64,000 bases of DNA. It comes from a virus. The translations under genes and the position numbers were made by a program. This document shows, one piece after another, positions 35,173 to 50,100 of this stretch (position 1 is its first letter; the number at the start of each line of letters is the position of its first letter). Under the pieces are notes generated by a model, which did not search any database, was not told the DNA's origin, and was given only the letters and a program-made list of their open reading frames with translations. The stretch lies in the IMG/VR virus record IMGVR_UViG_3300042398_001156, positions 11,917-75,916 of that record. One strand, written 5' to 3'.

Positions 35173-38100
35173 TTATTTTAATATCATAGCTTGTGATTGC
35201 CTGTATCGTACGTACTGTCTCCATTGAATGTTCTTAACTAAACGATATGGGTTAGTAGTAGGTCTACGCATACGTCCAAACTTATTAAACCAATCTCTGT
35301 ATATGTTTTCATATTTAGCCCAACGGCCATTACGTCCGTAACGATATCTACGCGGTGTATACTTTTCATAATTTTGAACAGTATAAACTAAAGGTATTGT
35401 AGTTACAGGAGTATAAGGTTGTCTAGAAACAAATGGTTTAAGTTTAGATTGTTGTAAATTTTCTCTCATAGGTAATGCATTAAGTACTCTAGTTATTGGT
35501 CCTGCAATAGCAAGCTGTCTAATGCTTTGCATAACATCTCTTGTTTCTAAAAATTTAGCAATACCTTTTAATAAAGGCCTTTGTCTTCCCACTAAAGCTG
35601 CACTAGGATCACTTAAAATATTTTGAACATCATATAAACCTAATCCAATACGCAACCCAAAATTTTTACTAACACGTATCCAACCACTTTGCATTTCTAA
35701 TAATTCAAATTCACTATACTGTCCTTCTTCATCTGCGTATTGACCATAAACACCATCGATAACGTCGCTTAATAAAACAACAATACGTGGGTCCGTAATA
35801 CGATCAATCCAGTTCTTAATAGAACGAACAGGGAATGATAAGTATGGAATGTCAGCAAGTAATTGCATTTCTAAAGGACTACGTAAGCCATAATTAAAGA
35901 AACGTTTAAGAGAATTATTAACAGATTCTTGGAAATTGTAACCACGTAACTGTCTATCAAGTAAGTAACCTGCAATACGACCTACGTTTTCTGTATCAGT
36001 ATTTAAGTCTTCATAAAAAAACTTATAACCAGCTTTTGTAATTCTTAATAATTTACCAAACAAAGTTTTATTAGAAGTACCAGTACGCTGTTCTTCTATC
36101 TCGTTATACACTTCTTTAAATGATCGTGTAGAAAAATCATTAGCATCTAAAGCTACGCGTTGACTTACAAGATCTCTTAAGTAAGCAAAACTTTCTTGAC
36201 GATACGTATCAATCTGTGCATTCGTTTGCATAAAGGCACTGATTTCAAATAAGATATTTTTTAAGTCATTATAATCAGCATTATAAATAGGGTTACCATC
36301 TACATCTTTATACTTAGTATATTTTTTCAAACGTTTTTCAATACGTGCCCTATAAATATTACCTTTATCTTCTCCAAATTTTAAGTTGTCATATAAAGTA
36401 AAGTATTCTGCAAAGCGTATATCTAATAAAAAGTTAACAGAATCACGTATGCTTGTACGATTTAATATAGCTAACACACCATCTTTATTTTTTAATTGGT
36501 AAGTAGTATCATTTGATACTTTACTTAAATCTTCAATAGACTTAACACCAACAACGTCTTCTAATAAAAATTTTAATACACTGTCTAAATCTTTTTGGTA
36601 TACTAAAGCATTATTTTCTAAACGATATTTAATTCTATTTTTTAACTCATCTTGTTTTAATGATTGAGCACCTTCAACGTAACCATTAATTCTATATCTA
36701 ATATTTAAAAAGTTTTGTATAACATCTAATACTTGTTCTTTAGTTATTGCAGTTTTATTTAATAGTAATTTATTTAATTTATCATATGATGATTTTACTT
36801 CTAATAAAGTAAGAATACGTTCTTCAGATATATCTTGATACATATTATACACATCAAAAGTTAAACCCATAATACGTATAATTTCTTTATTGTTTTTTAA
36901 TGTGCCATATATATCAAAGTCTTTATAAATTTCACTGTATAACTGTAACCAAGTATCTAACATGTTACGCATAATAAAACCATAATTAAAACGCATTAAT
37001 AACTTTTCAAGATATTGTAACTGTCCTAACCAAGTTGATAATGGACCTGTAAATTTAAATGGTTTATAAGCAGTTTCATAAGAAGACATTAAGTTATCAA
37101 TAGTAACAAGACCTATGTTAAGTACTTCACCTTGCGCTAGTTTATCTTCAAGCAATTTTAAAAGTCCTTTTAATTCTTTCCAATTTTTAATGTTTATTTC
37201 TTTTAATGTAGGTGATATATCAGATCCTAAATCAATACCATTTAAATCAACGGATGTATATTCTTTACCTTTAAATATAATTTTATTAATAGGTGTTTCA
37301 AAAGTATAAGACTTTTTAATAGGAGCATTTAATTCTTTAACATAATCAATAATTTCTTGGAAAGATTTAAATTTAATATCTTTAGAATGTTTACGTCTTC
37401 CCAAAAACTTATCCCATCTTGATTTATTTTCCCAAGTAGGATCATCTTTAACAAATAAATCACCAACTTTTTTAGCGAGTCCTTCAGTATTATAAGCATC
37501 TTTTTGTACAACTAAACGAATAAAGTCTCTATTAGATACTAAGTATTCATAGAATTCTTTTACATCATATACACGTTTAGTTGTTTTATTACCATTGCCA
37601 TCTAGTAAAACAATATCTTTTTTAAAAATAGAAGCAGCGCTAATTAAAGGATAGATAAGTTTATCCATATTCATTATGTTAGTATTTTTAAAACGATTGA
37701 TATCAGTACTAGTTAATGTAGGTGTGTCACCAAAATATCTTGGAACACCATCTTTAATCATTTCAATTGTTTCACCTTCAGGTGTGTGTAATAAAAAGAT
37801 ACCGCTTGTAAAATTACGAGCAAATGATTTGCTTAATGCACCCATTTGAATTTCTCGTTTCTTTTCTAATAATTCTTTTAAACGATTCTTAAAATACTTT
37901 AACGAATCTTTTAAATCTAATTTTTCTATTTGCTCAATAGATAAAATAATATCTTCTTGTTCTTTTTTTGATGTAACAAGTTTACCCGCAAGTTGTTTTA
38001 ATTTGCTTTGGTTAATATACAATTCATCGTTGTTTTCTTTTAAAGATATTTGCGCTGTGCGTATTTCTCTTACTAAATTTTCAATTTTATAAAATGCTAA

Positions 38101-41100
38101 TTCGTTACTAACGAGTCTACTTATTTGGTCGTTAACACTTTCTTTAGAACGGTTGTTATAAGATTTTTCCTTTTCATTTTTTAATGATTTAAATTCTTTA
38201 AATGAATCTGTTATTTGTTCTATTAATTCTTCAATAGTAATAGGATCTTTTAGTACATCTAAATTTTCATCTTTTAAAAACTGACTAACAGATTCAGTTT
38301 CTAAATCAGAAGCTTTCGAAATACTTGCAAGTGCTTCATTGTAATCATTCCCATAAGGATTACTTAATTTACTTGCAATAATATGTAAGTTATCTTTTGT
38401 TGCACGTGTGCTTGTACTATTCTTAACTGTATTAATACGTTGAGATGTTTGCCCTTCTTCTCCAATTGTAACGTACTCTACATCAACTTCTTTAGATCCT
38501 AAAAAGAAATCTTTAGCGTGTTGATATTTAGATGGTAATAACTCTCTTATGTATATACGTTGTTTATAACCCAAAGATTCTATAATAGTTTTATAAAGAA
38601 AATAACTGTCAGCTAATAAACGAATTTCTTTCATATCTAATTTAGCATTACTATCTGAAGTAACTGCATATCTTGCTTCTATTTCTTTAAAGGTTCCGTA
38701 AGCCATATTAAAGATACGGAATAAACGGAAGCCAACAATACGTAAAGAAACTAATCTTCCTAAAAAATTATTAACTGAATCTTGTTGGCCATTAATTGTA
38801 ATAGTTTTATCTAAAGCTTTTTCTAAATCTTTTTCTTGATTAAATATTTTTGAAACTTCAACAATTATATTTAAGTACTGATTATAAACTGAGTCTGGTA
38901 CGTAAATGTCACCGAACATTTCTTTTTTAGAGTATTCATTTATTAATAAATTTGCGGCGTTTAATGCGCTTGCTTCTGATCTATAGCTACCTTGTAATTG
39001 TGTACTTTTAATTTCAATACGTTTTTCTTTTAAAGCTTTTAACTCTTTATCTTCTATTAATAATTCTTCCATTTCAAAAGTATCTTTATCCATACCAATA
39101 GCAATTGCATTATCGTGGTCATCATCAACACCAAGTGTAATGTCTCTTATACCTACTTTGTTAGCACTTGCTAATACACGGTTTTTAAACGCACGTAAAT
39201 ATTCACTTACAAGCATACGAATAGGTCCATGTTTAGCAATACCAATAATGTTATTAGCTTCTATAGATTGAGTACCTATAGTACCACGATCAACAATAGA
39301 TTGATTTAAATAATTAGAGGCGTGTCTTTGTATTACGTTTTCTAATTTTTCTTTAGTTTTCTTTTTAGCTTTAGGATTTATAGCTTTTTTAAATTCACGA
39401 ATAGCATCTTCGTTTCTTGAAAAATAAAATACATATAAGTATTGTTCATCTACTTCGTCAAATTTATCTACAACAATACCGTTCTTTTGATAGCCTTTAT
39501 ACTTTTTAATAAACTCTAAATAGTGTGGGTTTAATGAAGTTGCATTTTTATAGAACGTATCAAAGTGTCTTACTACAGCATCAACTTTATTAGGACCACT
39601 CATTACTTCCGCAAATGAAGTTAATTCTTTAACAACTAAAGCAGCAGCATATAATTTTTTATATAAGAAAACAAGTACATCTTCTGCATCTTGTTTAAAA
39701 TAATCTTTATGTTTAACTGCATCTACTGCATCTATATAAATTTTTGTTTCTGGGTTATACGCAACTTCTTTAAACCAACCGTTGTAAACTTGATCAGTAA
39801 AATTAGGTAACATTTGTTTAGCAAAATTATTAGCGTCTTTGTTAATTTTTTCTTTAAGATCTTCAAAACTTAATCCTGCTTCTTGATCTTTTAAAGCAGT
39901 TGAATATATTGTGTTTCTAAATGTACCCAATACTTTTTCAAATGTTAACGTTAATGAATCTACAGAAACAATATTTCTTAAAGGATCTTTAAAACTATTC
40001 CAAACATTACCTGTTTGATCTCTATTAATATTTGGGAATATGCTTAACGTAGATTTAGAAGTTTGAATTTTTCTTACACCACCGAATATAAGAATACCGA
40101 CTTTAGATCCTTGGAAACGTGTAACCGTTTCATTACGTCCAACACTGTATAATTTTCTAAAGAATACTTTTTTTATTATTTCAGCGTTAGCTTTTTCTTT
40201 TCGGTTTCTAATAATTTCATCTACGCCCGTTTTAATAATATATTCTTTATCTTTAACTGATAAATGTTTTTCTAAAACTTCACCATTAACAACATTAAAA
40301 TCTTTACGGCTAACATATTGTGTTAAATCATATTTTTTAGCATCAATAATTTTTTGGAATAAATAAGAACGTGCAGCAATATTGAAATATCTTTTATCTT
40401 CTAATGCTTTTTTAACTGCAGCTGGATCTTTGTAGTCTTTTAATTCAAAGTCAGGCGCTGTGTTTAAGTTAAAAAGTTTTCTTATTGCAACGTTTAAAAA
40501 TTCTTTTTGTTCAGTTTCAGTCCAGTCTAAAGTTTCTGGTATAACAAGATTGTTAATATCTTTTTGAATACCTTCGTATAAAGAACCATATAATTCTGAC
40601 CATTTATATGTTGTTCGTATTTTTTCAAAAACGGATTTACCTACAGAAGTATATTCATAACCAATGTTTTGAATACGTTTATTGGTTTTAACATCAGGTA
40701 TTAATTCTTTACGTATTTTTTCTAAGTAGCCTTCTACATATCTTCTTTCTTTTTTAATTGGGTCCCAAGTAAAGTACCCTTCATCGTAATAAGATTCTTT
40801 AGTGGCATCATCTCGATCAAAACGTCCATCAATAAATTGTTGTTGGCTTAAAGCAATCATACCAATAGTATCACCATCGTTATCAGCACCCATCATTTTG
40901 TACATATATGGGTTAGCTTCAATAGCTGCGTGGTCGTGGTAACCTATAATTTTTAAAGTAGGTGTAGAGTTAGCATCTTGGATAGGCCACCGTGCTGTTA
41001 GTACCCAACCAAATTTACGCCCTAACTTATTCTTATAAAAGCTAATAGTATTGTTTTTATTAACAGTGTATAAAATATTTTCAACACCGTTAATACTGTC

Positions 41101-44100
41101 ATTAGTCATGCCTTGTTTATGTAAATGAATAATAAATGCTTCTAGTTCTTCTTTGTTTTTTAAACTTATTTCGTAATTTAATCCTGTATCTTTGACATTA
41201 ATACCACTAAAATTTTGTTTCTTTGCAGTGTAATTAAAAGCGTTAATAAGTTTTAACCAGGTGGTTTCGTCAAGTTTTTCTAGTTGTAACCAGTCTTTCT
41301 TTTTACTTAAAGTTTCCCAAGAGTCTCTAGAAGTTCGTAAATTACCTAAACTTAAATCAATGTTGGCAAGTAATTGTTGTCTAACACCAGGGTGTTTACG
41401 ATATAAATATGTATAGATAGCACCTGAGTCAGATGTTAAAAATTCTTGAGCACGATTCCGTGAAGCTAAATTAATTTCTTTTAATTTAATATCAAACCAT
41501 GATTTATCTTTTGCGTTGCTTTCAAGACGCATGTTAAAGAACATCATGTACTCTTGTGCGTTATCAATTAAAGGTGTTTCTGATCTTGCTTTAATATTAT
41601 CTACGGTTTTTTTAATATCGTAATTGCCATTACTTAATTTAATAGCATAAGCTTCAAGGAACTTTTCAATGCCATAGCTTTGAATTTCTGAGTAAATACT
41701 TATTTCTTTTCTAAAGTCTTGATCTAATAAAACTTTAAAGTCTACACCTTTCATACCTAAAATTGCAACAAAAGAAGGCGTTACAGGTACACCGCCTTCA
41801 ACGTTACCTTTTATATCACGATTAAATATTGCTAACTCAGGGTTACTGTTAAGCCTTGCGTTTACAGACATCTTTTCTGCGGTGTGATCAGCATCAGCAA
41901 TCACATAGATTTCACCGCGTTGTATGTCTAAACCTTTAAAGTTATCAATTACAACATCACCTTTGTCTGTAACACGTTCTATAGTAATGTCTTCTGTAAT
42001 AACATCATAAGTAAGATCACTAAATATTTTTACTTTATTGACAGAGTCTTCGCCAAATAAATCTAATAGAATATTATAATAATCTTCACCAGAATCAAGG
42101 ATAATTTTTCCTTCTTTAATAACAAATAAATCTTTTAATTCTTTGTCTTTAGACGCAAGTATACGTAAGGCACGTTCAGTTAAACCATATTTTTTAATAA
42201 ACGCTTTATTTAAAATAGCAGATGTTTTATTAGGATTATCTAATAATTCTTTACCACGTTTTTGTAACTCAGAATTAACTAAATATTTTCTAATACTATT
42301 CATCGTTTGTTCTAGTACAGCACCCCCAGCACCACGTTGTTGTACCGAAGATTTATTAGCAATAATACTAACACCAAACTTTTCACGTATCCCATCTTCA
42401 AAACGAATAGCACCTTTAAATCCCCACATGCCTAACCAAATTTTCCAGCCTTCATTAGCACCTAAAATTTTAGCTACTTTTCTATCTATAATAAGTGCGT
42501 CTTCATAAGCCGCAGGCATATCCATAAAGCCTATTTCTAAATTCATACCTATCTTGTGAAATATGTTTCGTTTATAAAATTCAAATTGTTTTTCTGTCAA
42601 TTGATTAGGAGTAAACGTATTAATAAGTGTGCCATTTTCTGCTCTTCGTTCTAATAAATCAGTTAATAAATCACCCGTAGCAGGGTTATCTTTAATAGCT
42701 TGTTCAAAATATAATTCTAAAAGCTCTTCAAATTTTACAGATCTATTTAACTTGTCTTCAAAACTGTAGATGTTATTAATTAAACCATACGGTGTATACT
42801 CTAAATATTGTTTATTGTAAGGTAAAATAATACGAGCAGGATTTGTGTTAAGTGTATGTGGCATATCTACGTTAGTAGGTAAATATATAGGTACAGATTT
42901 ACCGGAACTTCCTTCTGCAGATTTTTCTAAATCAAGCAAGACTCCAATCTTGCTGGCACCCTCACTGGTCCAATCTATAACCATGTTTGCACTATAAGTA
43001 GAAGGTACTAATAACAAGTATTTACTTGGGTCATTGCTTACAAATCTAGAAAGTGTACGATCTGCTAATCCTTGGTAAATTGTTTTAGTGTTATTTATTT
43101 TTTCTTTTTTACGTGCATAGTTATGAACATCTAAAAATCTAAAGAATCTATTTTTTAGTACTTGAGTCATGTTAATAACTTCTAAAACAGTATCAGGTAT
43201 AGCATCATCAAAGACTTCGTCTTTTAAAAACTTTTCTGTAAGAACCTTACCACCTCTAACACCTTCATCATTTAATTCAAATAAGCCAAGCTTTCTGTAT
43301 TTTTCATAATGTGATAACACACGTTTAATACTTTCAAAGCTGTGGTCTACACCATCTTCTAAATACACAATATTTTGTGGTAGTTTAGTATGACCAAGTT
43401 TTACTTGACCCTTAGCATCTTTGTAATTAAAGAAACGTTTTAACCAATCGTTAATATCTTCATCTTCTTTAGGTCCTTGTAGTTTAATTGTTTTAACTTC
43501 TAATGTTTTACCAGCTTCAATATAAGTGTAATTAAATTCAAAGGATACTTTACCACCTTTTAAACTAAACTTATAACTATTAACAACGCCATTAAAATTA
43601 TCAAATAAATTAACGATAAAAAAGTTTTCTGTAGGTCTTCTTATTAAAGCAACATCTTCTTTAATAACCAGTGCTTTACGATCTACACCTTCATGTACAT
43701 CTTTATACACACGGGTTACGTTAGGAATGTTTAATTGTTGAATAAACTCTAACCCTTCTTTTTGATTAGCTAAATTTTCTAATGAATCTAAACGTTCTTC
43801 TTTTGCTAGGTTTTCAATGTTTACTTTACCGCCATTTAAAATAGTATAAATGTGATCAAATTCCATTTCTTTTTTAATTGCATCAAGTTTCTTAACTCTG
43901 CTTAAAACTTCTACAAACTTATTAGTAACTGCTTCTGTGTTAACTTCTAAATCAGTTTGTTTTCTGTCAAATTTTAAACGGTTTAATAAATCAATATTGT
44001 TATTAACGTAATCTAATTCATCTTTAATAGCTAATGCAACAAGTGTACGCATGTTTAAAGTATCTATTTTTCCAACAAGATTATCTTTTTCTTTTAATAA

Positions 44101-47100
44101 ACTAAGTAATTTTGTCACACCTTTATTTTTACTAAACAATTCTACTAAGTTAGCAAATCGTTTGTCTTGAATAATATTTGTGTTTTCTTTTAATTTTAAT
44201 ATATTAAAAAATTTATTTAAGATATTAATTAAATCAGCATCATCAATTTTTAAATCAGGAATTTTTTTAAAGTCAGCACCTAGTACTTCAGGTCCAATGT
44301 TATTCCAAGTCTCTACTAATTCTTGAAGCTTAACAATTGCTAAAGCTTTAAACTCTTCAGTCTTTTGATTTATTATATCTTCTATTTTTTTATCAAACGT
44401 AGAACTTGCTGCAACTTTACCGTTGTTTAAAAGAGTAATCATAGTAGTAAGTTCTTGACTACGTTTATTATAAGCGTCTAATATTTTATTTTTTTCTGCA
44501 GCATCCTTGATGCTTATAATAGTAGAATCAATAAATGTAGCTAAAAGTTTTTTAACTTCAGTAGATTCAATATCTATTTTTCCATTAGGACTTTCTTCAA
44601 TTATGCTCATTAACTTTTCTAAAGCTTGCACACTGTTGTTTAATTCTAATTGTAAGTTATCTAATTCTATTTTTAATAGACTATAGTTTGTTATATTCGT
44701 AGAACTATAACCATATTTATCTTCATTAAGTTTTTCTTTTAGAACTTTATTAATTCTATACGTTGTATTTTTTGTAATCTCTTGTAACTTTTTAGAGGTT
44801 TTTCTAAGAATTTCAAAAAGAGTTTCTTTTTTAACAACACCATCTTCTACTTTCTTTGTTAAATCTTCAATTGTTTTTTCTACTTCTTTATATTCTTTTA
44901 ATGTTTTTGCTTGGTCAGTAGCTAACTCTGTTAGTTTTTCTTTATGAGACTTTCTACCAGAAGTTTCAATAAAAGCAATAAATCTAAGTACTTGTTGTAC
45001 TTGTAAATCAATTGAAGTATTTGCTTCGTTATAATTAAAGTCTGTTACTTGATCATCAGCGATGTTTAATTCTTCTTTAACAGCATCTGTAATTAACTGT
45101 CTTACGCTTGTTAATTTAGGATCACCAGCAATACTATCTACACCTTGTTGTATCTGTGCAGTAAATTCTTCTTCCATTATTTTTAATAACTCATCTGTGT
45201 AAGCTAAAATTTTAGCATCTTCTCGTATGTTATGTCTTAACATCCAACCTTCATTAAAATATTTAAATATAGCATTTCTAATATCTAAACGTTTAATAGG
45301 ATCTTTTTCATTAATGTAGTCAAGTACTAAACTTTTTATAGTATTATATTGTGATTTTTCTCCTGTAAATAAACTTACTTTACGACCTTGATTTGTTACT
45401 ATACTTAAACGACTTTCAACATTTTTAATAACATCTTGTATTAAAATGTTTTCTATTTCACGATCAAACTTACCTATAGCTGTTAAGTCAGCTTTGTTTA
45501 AAGGTATACCTTTTTTTAATTTTTGATTAATTCTAGTTATTTCTTTTTTATTAGCAGCAATTAAACGTGCAGCATCTCCACGTGTAACAGCGTCGTTAAC
45601 ACTAGCGTACTCCATGCGTTCTCTTATAGCTTTAGGATCGTTATCTCTTATTAATTGGTAATATAAGTTTACTTTTAAAGTACTAGCAAGACGTTGAATA
45701 AATTGATTGTAGTTAGGAAAGTCAAAATCTTCACCGTTATGTGCAATAATAGGTACATTTTTAGGCGCTGCGTTTACTTCGTTTATAAAAAGACGGGTAA
45801 CTTCTATGTCATTACGCTGACCTATTACATACTTAATAGTAGTATCTATACGTTTATCTAATTCATCTTTTATTGTTTTATTTAAAAGATTATAGTACTC
45901 ATCTTGATCTGTATTTCTCCAAACTTTTTTAGTTTTAGTTGGGTCAGCATTAACCCAAGCTTTAAAGCCTTCCATTTCTTTTACATACATACGTCTTTGT
46001 TGTTCATAAAACCGTGTTAATTCAGGAGACAATTTAGTTTCTACTTTACCGTTTACAAGTTCTTCTGTTTTACCTTCAATAAATATTTGATTTGTCATAA
46101 ATTGATTTAACACATCAAAAGATAATTTACCTTTAACGTTTTTAAATTTTAATATAGTTAATTGATATGGAATTTTATTACCGTTACTATCTGTTACAGT
46201 TTCCATGTCTAAAATAATAAACTCTTCAGGTAAGTTTTGACCTGCTTTTTTCATCTGGGCCATATAATTAAAAGCAGTAATAACACCATCTGTTATACCA
46301 TTATGTAGCCCTATATTTTTTTCACCGTCAGTATTAGTATCTTTAATTAGTTGTACTAATTTATCATAACCACCTATGTAATATTGACCGGCATCTTTAA
46401 TAATTTTTTCAATAACCTCAACACTAGTCTGTTCAACATTAATTTTATTTAAGTTTCTATACGTATCTAAATTACTATTACCATAAGGCTTTTCTTCTTT
46501 TCTAGCACTTATAAGGTTATCATAACGATTCTGTATACCCTTCTTATCGCTTTCAGCTTTTTCTAATAACTCATTTAATTTAGCAATACGTGCAGGTACT
46601 TCTGTAGAGTAATCTTTTAATGCTTCTTTTTCTTTTTTTAAAGCAACAATTTTATCTGTTAGTTCTTTTCTTTGCGCAATTAAATCATCGTGTTCTTTTT
46701 TATATAAAGTAGTATCATTTGATAATATGTAAGACGCAAGATACTCATCTGATATTTCTTTATTTGTTTCAGCACTTACTTTTTTTGCAACACGTTTTAA
46801 CACAGTAGTAGGATCTTGATTACCTTCTGTTTTTAAAACATTAATGACATTATTACTATTTTTAATATTAACTTTATTTTTTGTTATACGACTTTTTAAT
46901 TCTATTAACGCTTTTATAGTCTGTTCTAAATCATAATTCTTTTGATTAGTAATTAAATTATTTATAGTTATTTCAAATTCACCTTTAAGTTCTTTTAATT
47001 GGTCTTTACTATATTTATCTTTAGTAGTTTCTACAACAGTAGATTTATTAATTGCGTCTTCTACTTTTTTAAGTTCATCTAATATATATTCTTTTTGTTT

Positions 47101-50100
47101 AAATGAATTAATATCCATGTTGTCAAAAGGATATGATTTTAATTCTAATAATCTTTCTAATACTAATAAAACTTCTCTTGGTATTTCTATAGTTGTAACG
47201 TTACTTCCTGTACCAACAACTTCAAAACCTTCTTGTATAGAAGGTTGAGCTACGCCTCTGTTTGCTTTTTTTCTTTTTTCTAATTCTTTTTCGTCCGATT
47301 TAAAATCAGATTGTTTTACAAAATAAAGTTTTTCTGAGCTAACATAAGTTATTGGTATTTGTAAAGATGTTGACCAGCTACCAGTTGGTTCATCTCCACC
47401 ACGTACATATAATCTTTCTGTACTACTATTAACTATGTTTTTTATTTTTGTTATAAACGTATTTAATTGATTTCTTACATAAGGATTTTCAATTAAAAAT
47501 TTAAGTATATCATCGTTTAATAAATTTCTTTTTTTCCAATCAATCTTACTGTATTCTTCTTCTTCTTTATTTAATGCTTCTCTAAACTTATCAAATAGTG
47601 GATGACTTTTTCCAAAGGCATCAAACTCTGCTTGGGTTTTGTCAGTGTTTGGTATTTCACGGCCACTATCTACCCAGTCTTTTTTTATTTGTTGATAAAA
47701 ACTTTCTCTTAAATCTGAAGCTTCTTCTAATTTTTCAAACATTAAAACAATTTCTTTTTCGTAAGAAGTTATTTTACTTTCTATTTCTTTTAAACCTTCT
47801 TCTTTTCCAAGTTTTTCTTTAACTTGTAAAACATTTAAGCTACTTTTTATTTTAAAAGAACTTAAATAATTGCTGTCTTCTTTATTAATAGTAGCAATTA
47901 ATTGTTTAGTTAGCGTTAATAATCCTTGAAGTGTAAATTTCTTTAAGTAAATAAGTTTGTTTAATTCTGTTTTGTAACGTTCTTTTGTTATATCTTTTTT
48001 ATTAATTCCTAACTTATGTAAATCATAATTAATTTTAAGTTGCGCGTATGTTGCCCACAAAAATTTACGATATGAAAGCTCATTAGCTCTATCATGTTTT
48101 TTAAATGTAAATGTTTCTTTTTTATTTTTAACATCTTGTATAGCTTTATCAATAACAGTTTCATAATTATCAAAATCTTCCAGTCCAAAAGTATTAAAGT
48201 ATTCATCTTGTGCTTGTGCTAAATAATTTTCTGCTTTATTTAAGTATTCACTTTGTGATTTTAAAAGAATATCCGTACTTTTTTTATCTAGTGTAAGTGA
48301 ATCTTTTAAATCTTTTTGTTCTTTTGCAGCAATTTCTTTAGCAGCACCTTTAAAACTTCCATAGTAAGCTCTTTGAATTTTATTAACATGATATCTAGCG
48401 ATAGCTAACTGTCTTCCTTTACGACTTAAACCATCTTCTGTATCACTAATAATTTTATCACCGTCTGTAAAATATTTATTAATGTTATCAATTCTATTTT
48501 CATTATTTTTAATAATGGATTCATAACCTTTTCTATAAGTACCCCAGGTCTTTTTTGAAACTTTAGAATCTTTTGGATCAACTCCATTAATTAAAGTTTT
48601 TTGAAGTGTATTAATTGTATTAATTTTATCTTCTGCATTTTTAATAAAGTTATTATAATCTTCGACTGTTTGTATATTAATACCTAATTCAATTAATGAT
48701 TTAACATTATTTTCAAAAGTATCTTTTTTATATGTATTTCTAATTTTTGCAAATGCTTTATATTCTTTTGTAGATAACCACGTTTTTGCTTCAATTAAAT
48801 CATCTCTTATTTTATCGTACAGTTCAAAAAACTTAACAGACTTTTTATTTTTAAATTTGTTTATTTTATCTTGGTTTTCTTTTTGAGCCTTTGTTAATAA
48901 TTTTTCATTGAACTCTTCGTATTCTTTAATAAGCGAAGGTGTATTTTCATACACAGCAATTAAAATTTTTTCTTTTCTGTCTTTTGCTTCTTTATCAATA
49001 GTAGTTATTTCATTATTTAAAATAACTTGAGATGATTCTAAAATGTTTATTTGTGTTAATAATTCTAATTCTTTTTTATTTATAGCAGCAAGATCTGTAT
49101 TACTAAAATTAAACATAGATTTTAAACTATCTAATCTATTTGTTAATGTTACAGCTTCTTCTTTTAATTTATTGACAGTATTAGTAATTAATTCCCAGCT
49201 TACAATTGTAGGTAATTTTTTAAAATCATAATCTTTATCTCCAGCTACACCTTCTTCTATAGTATCCCATAACAGTCTTTCCCCTTTATCAAGATTTAAT
49301 TGACTGCTTAAAATTTTTGTAAGGTCATTAATATTTTGAATACGTTTAGTTACTTCACTTCTTTCCTTAGGAGTCATTGCTTCTAAAACAGCTTTAGGAA
49401 AAATAATATTAATAGCTTTTCTAATTGATCCTGCTGTTTCAATTTGATTAGCAAGGCTAGTTAACTTTGAAATATTATAACGTTGCTGTGCGTCTGATAT
49501 AGTTTTTATTTGATCTTCAAGATAACGCAATCTAGTTTGTGCTTGTGCTTTTGTTTTATTGTCAAACTTATTGATAAGAATATAACCCATAACTGCTTGT
49601 ACAAACTCTGGGGTTACATCAAGTAAATGACGACGAGAATTAAAATAATTAACTATGTCTTCTACTTGTTGGTTTATACGTTTTAATTGTTCTGGATCAT
49701 TTATAGAATCAACATATTTTTTAAAATCATTTTTATAAATAGTAATAAATTCTTTACGTTGAGATATATTATTAATAGCAATAGCTATTTCTAAAAAACG
49801 AACAAAGTTAATATCTTCTACTTCTGGTTTAATTAACTTTAATAGATTTGTATATCGTTGCATTAATGCCGTGTAATCAATATTTCTAGAAGGAACTTCA
49901 TCAATATTTTTAGCGTACTGTTCACTTGTGTAATGAAAACTAATATCTCCTAAAGCTTGTTCAATTATTTTAGCAACAGTTGCATTATAGTTTGGATTTG
50001 AATTAGGTATAAATATAACTTTAAAAGTATCACGCATTTGTTGTAATATAATTTTGCTAATATTATTAGGTGTAGTTAAAATATATTTACGTTCAGGTGT

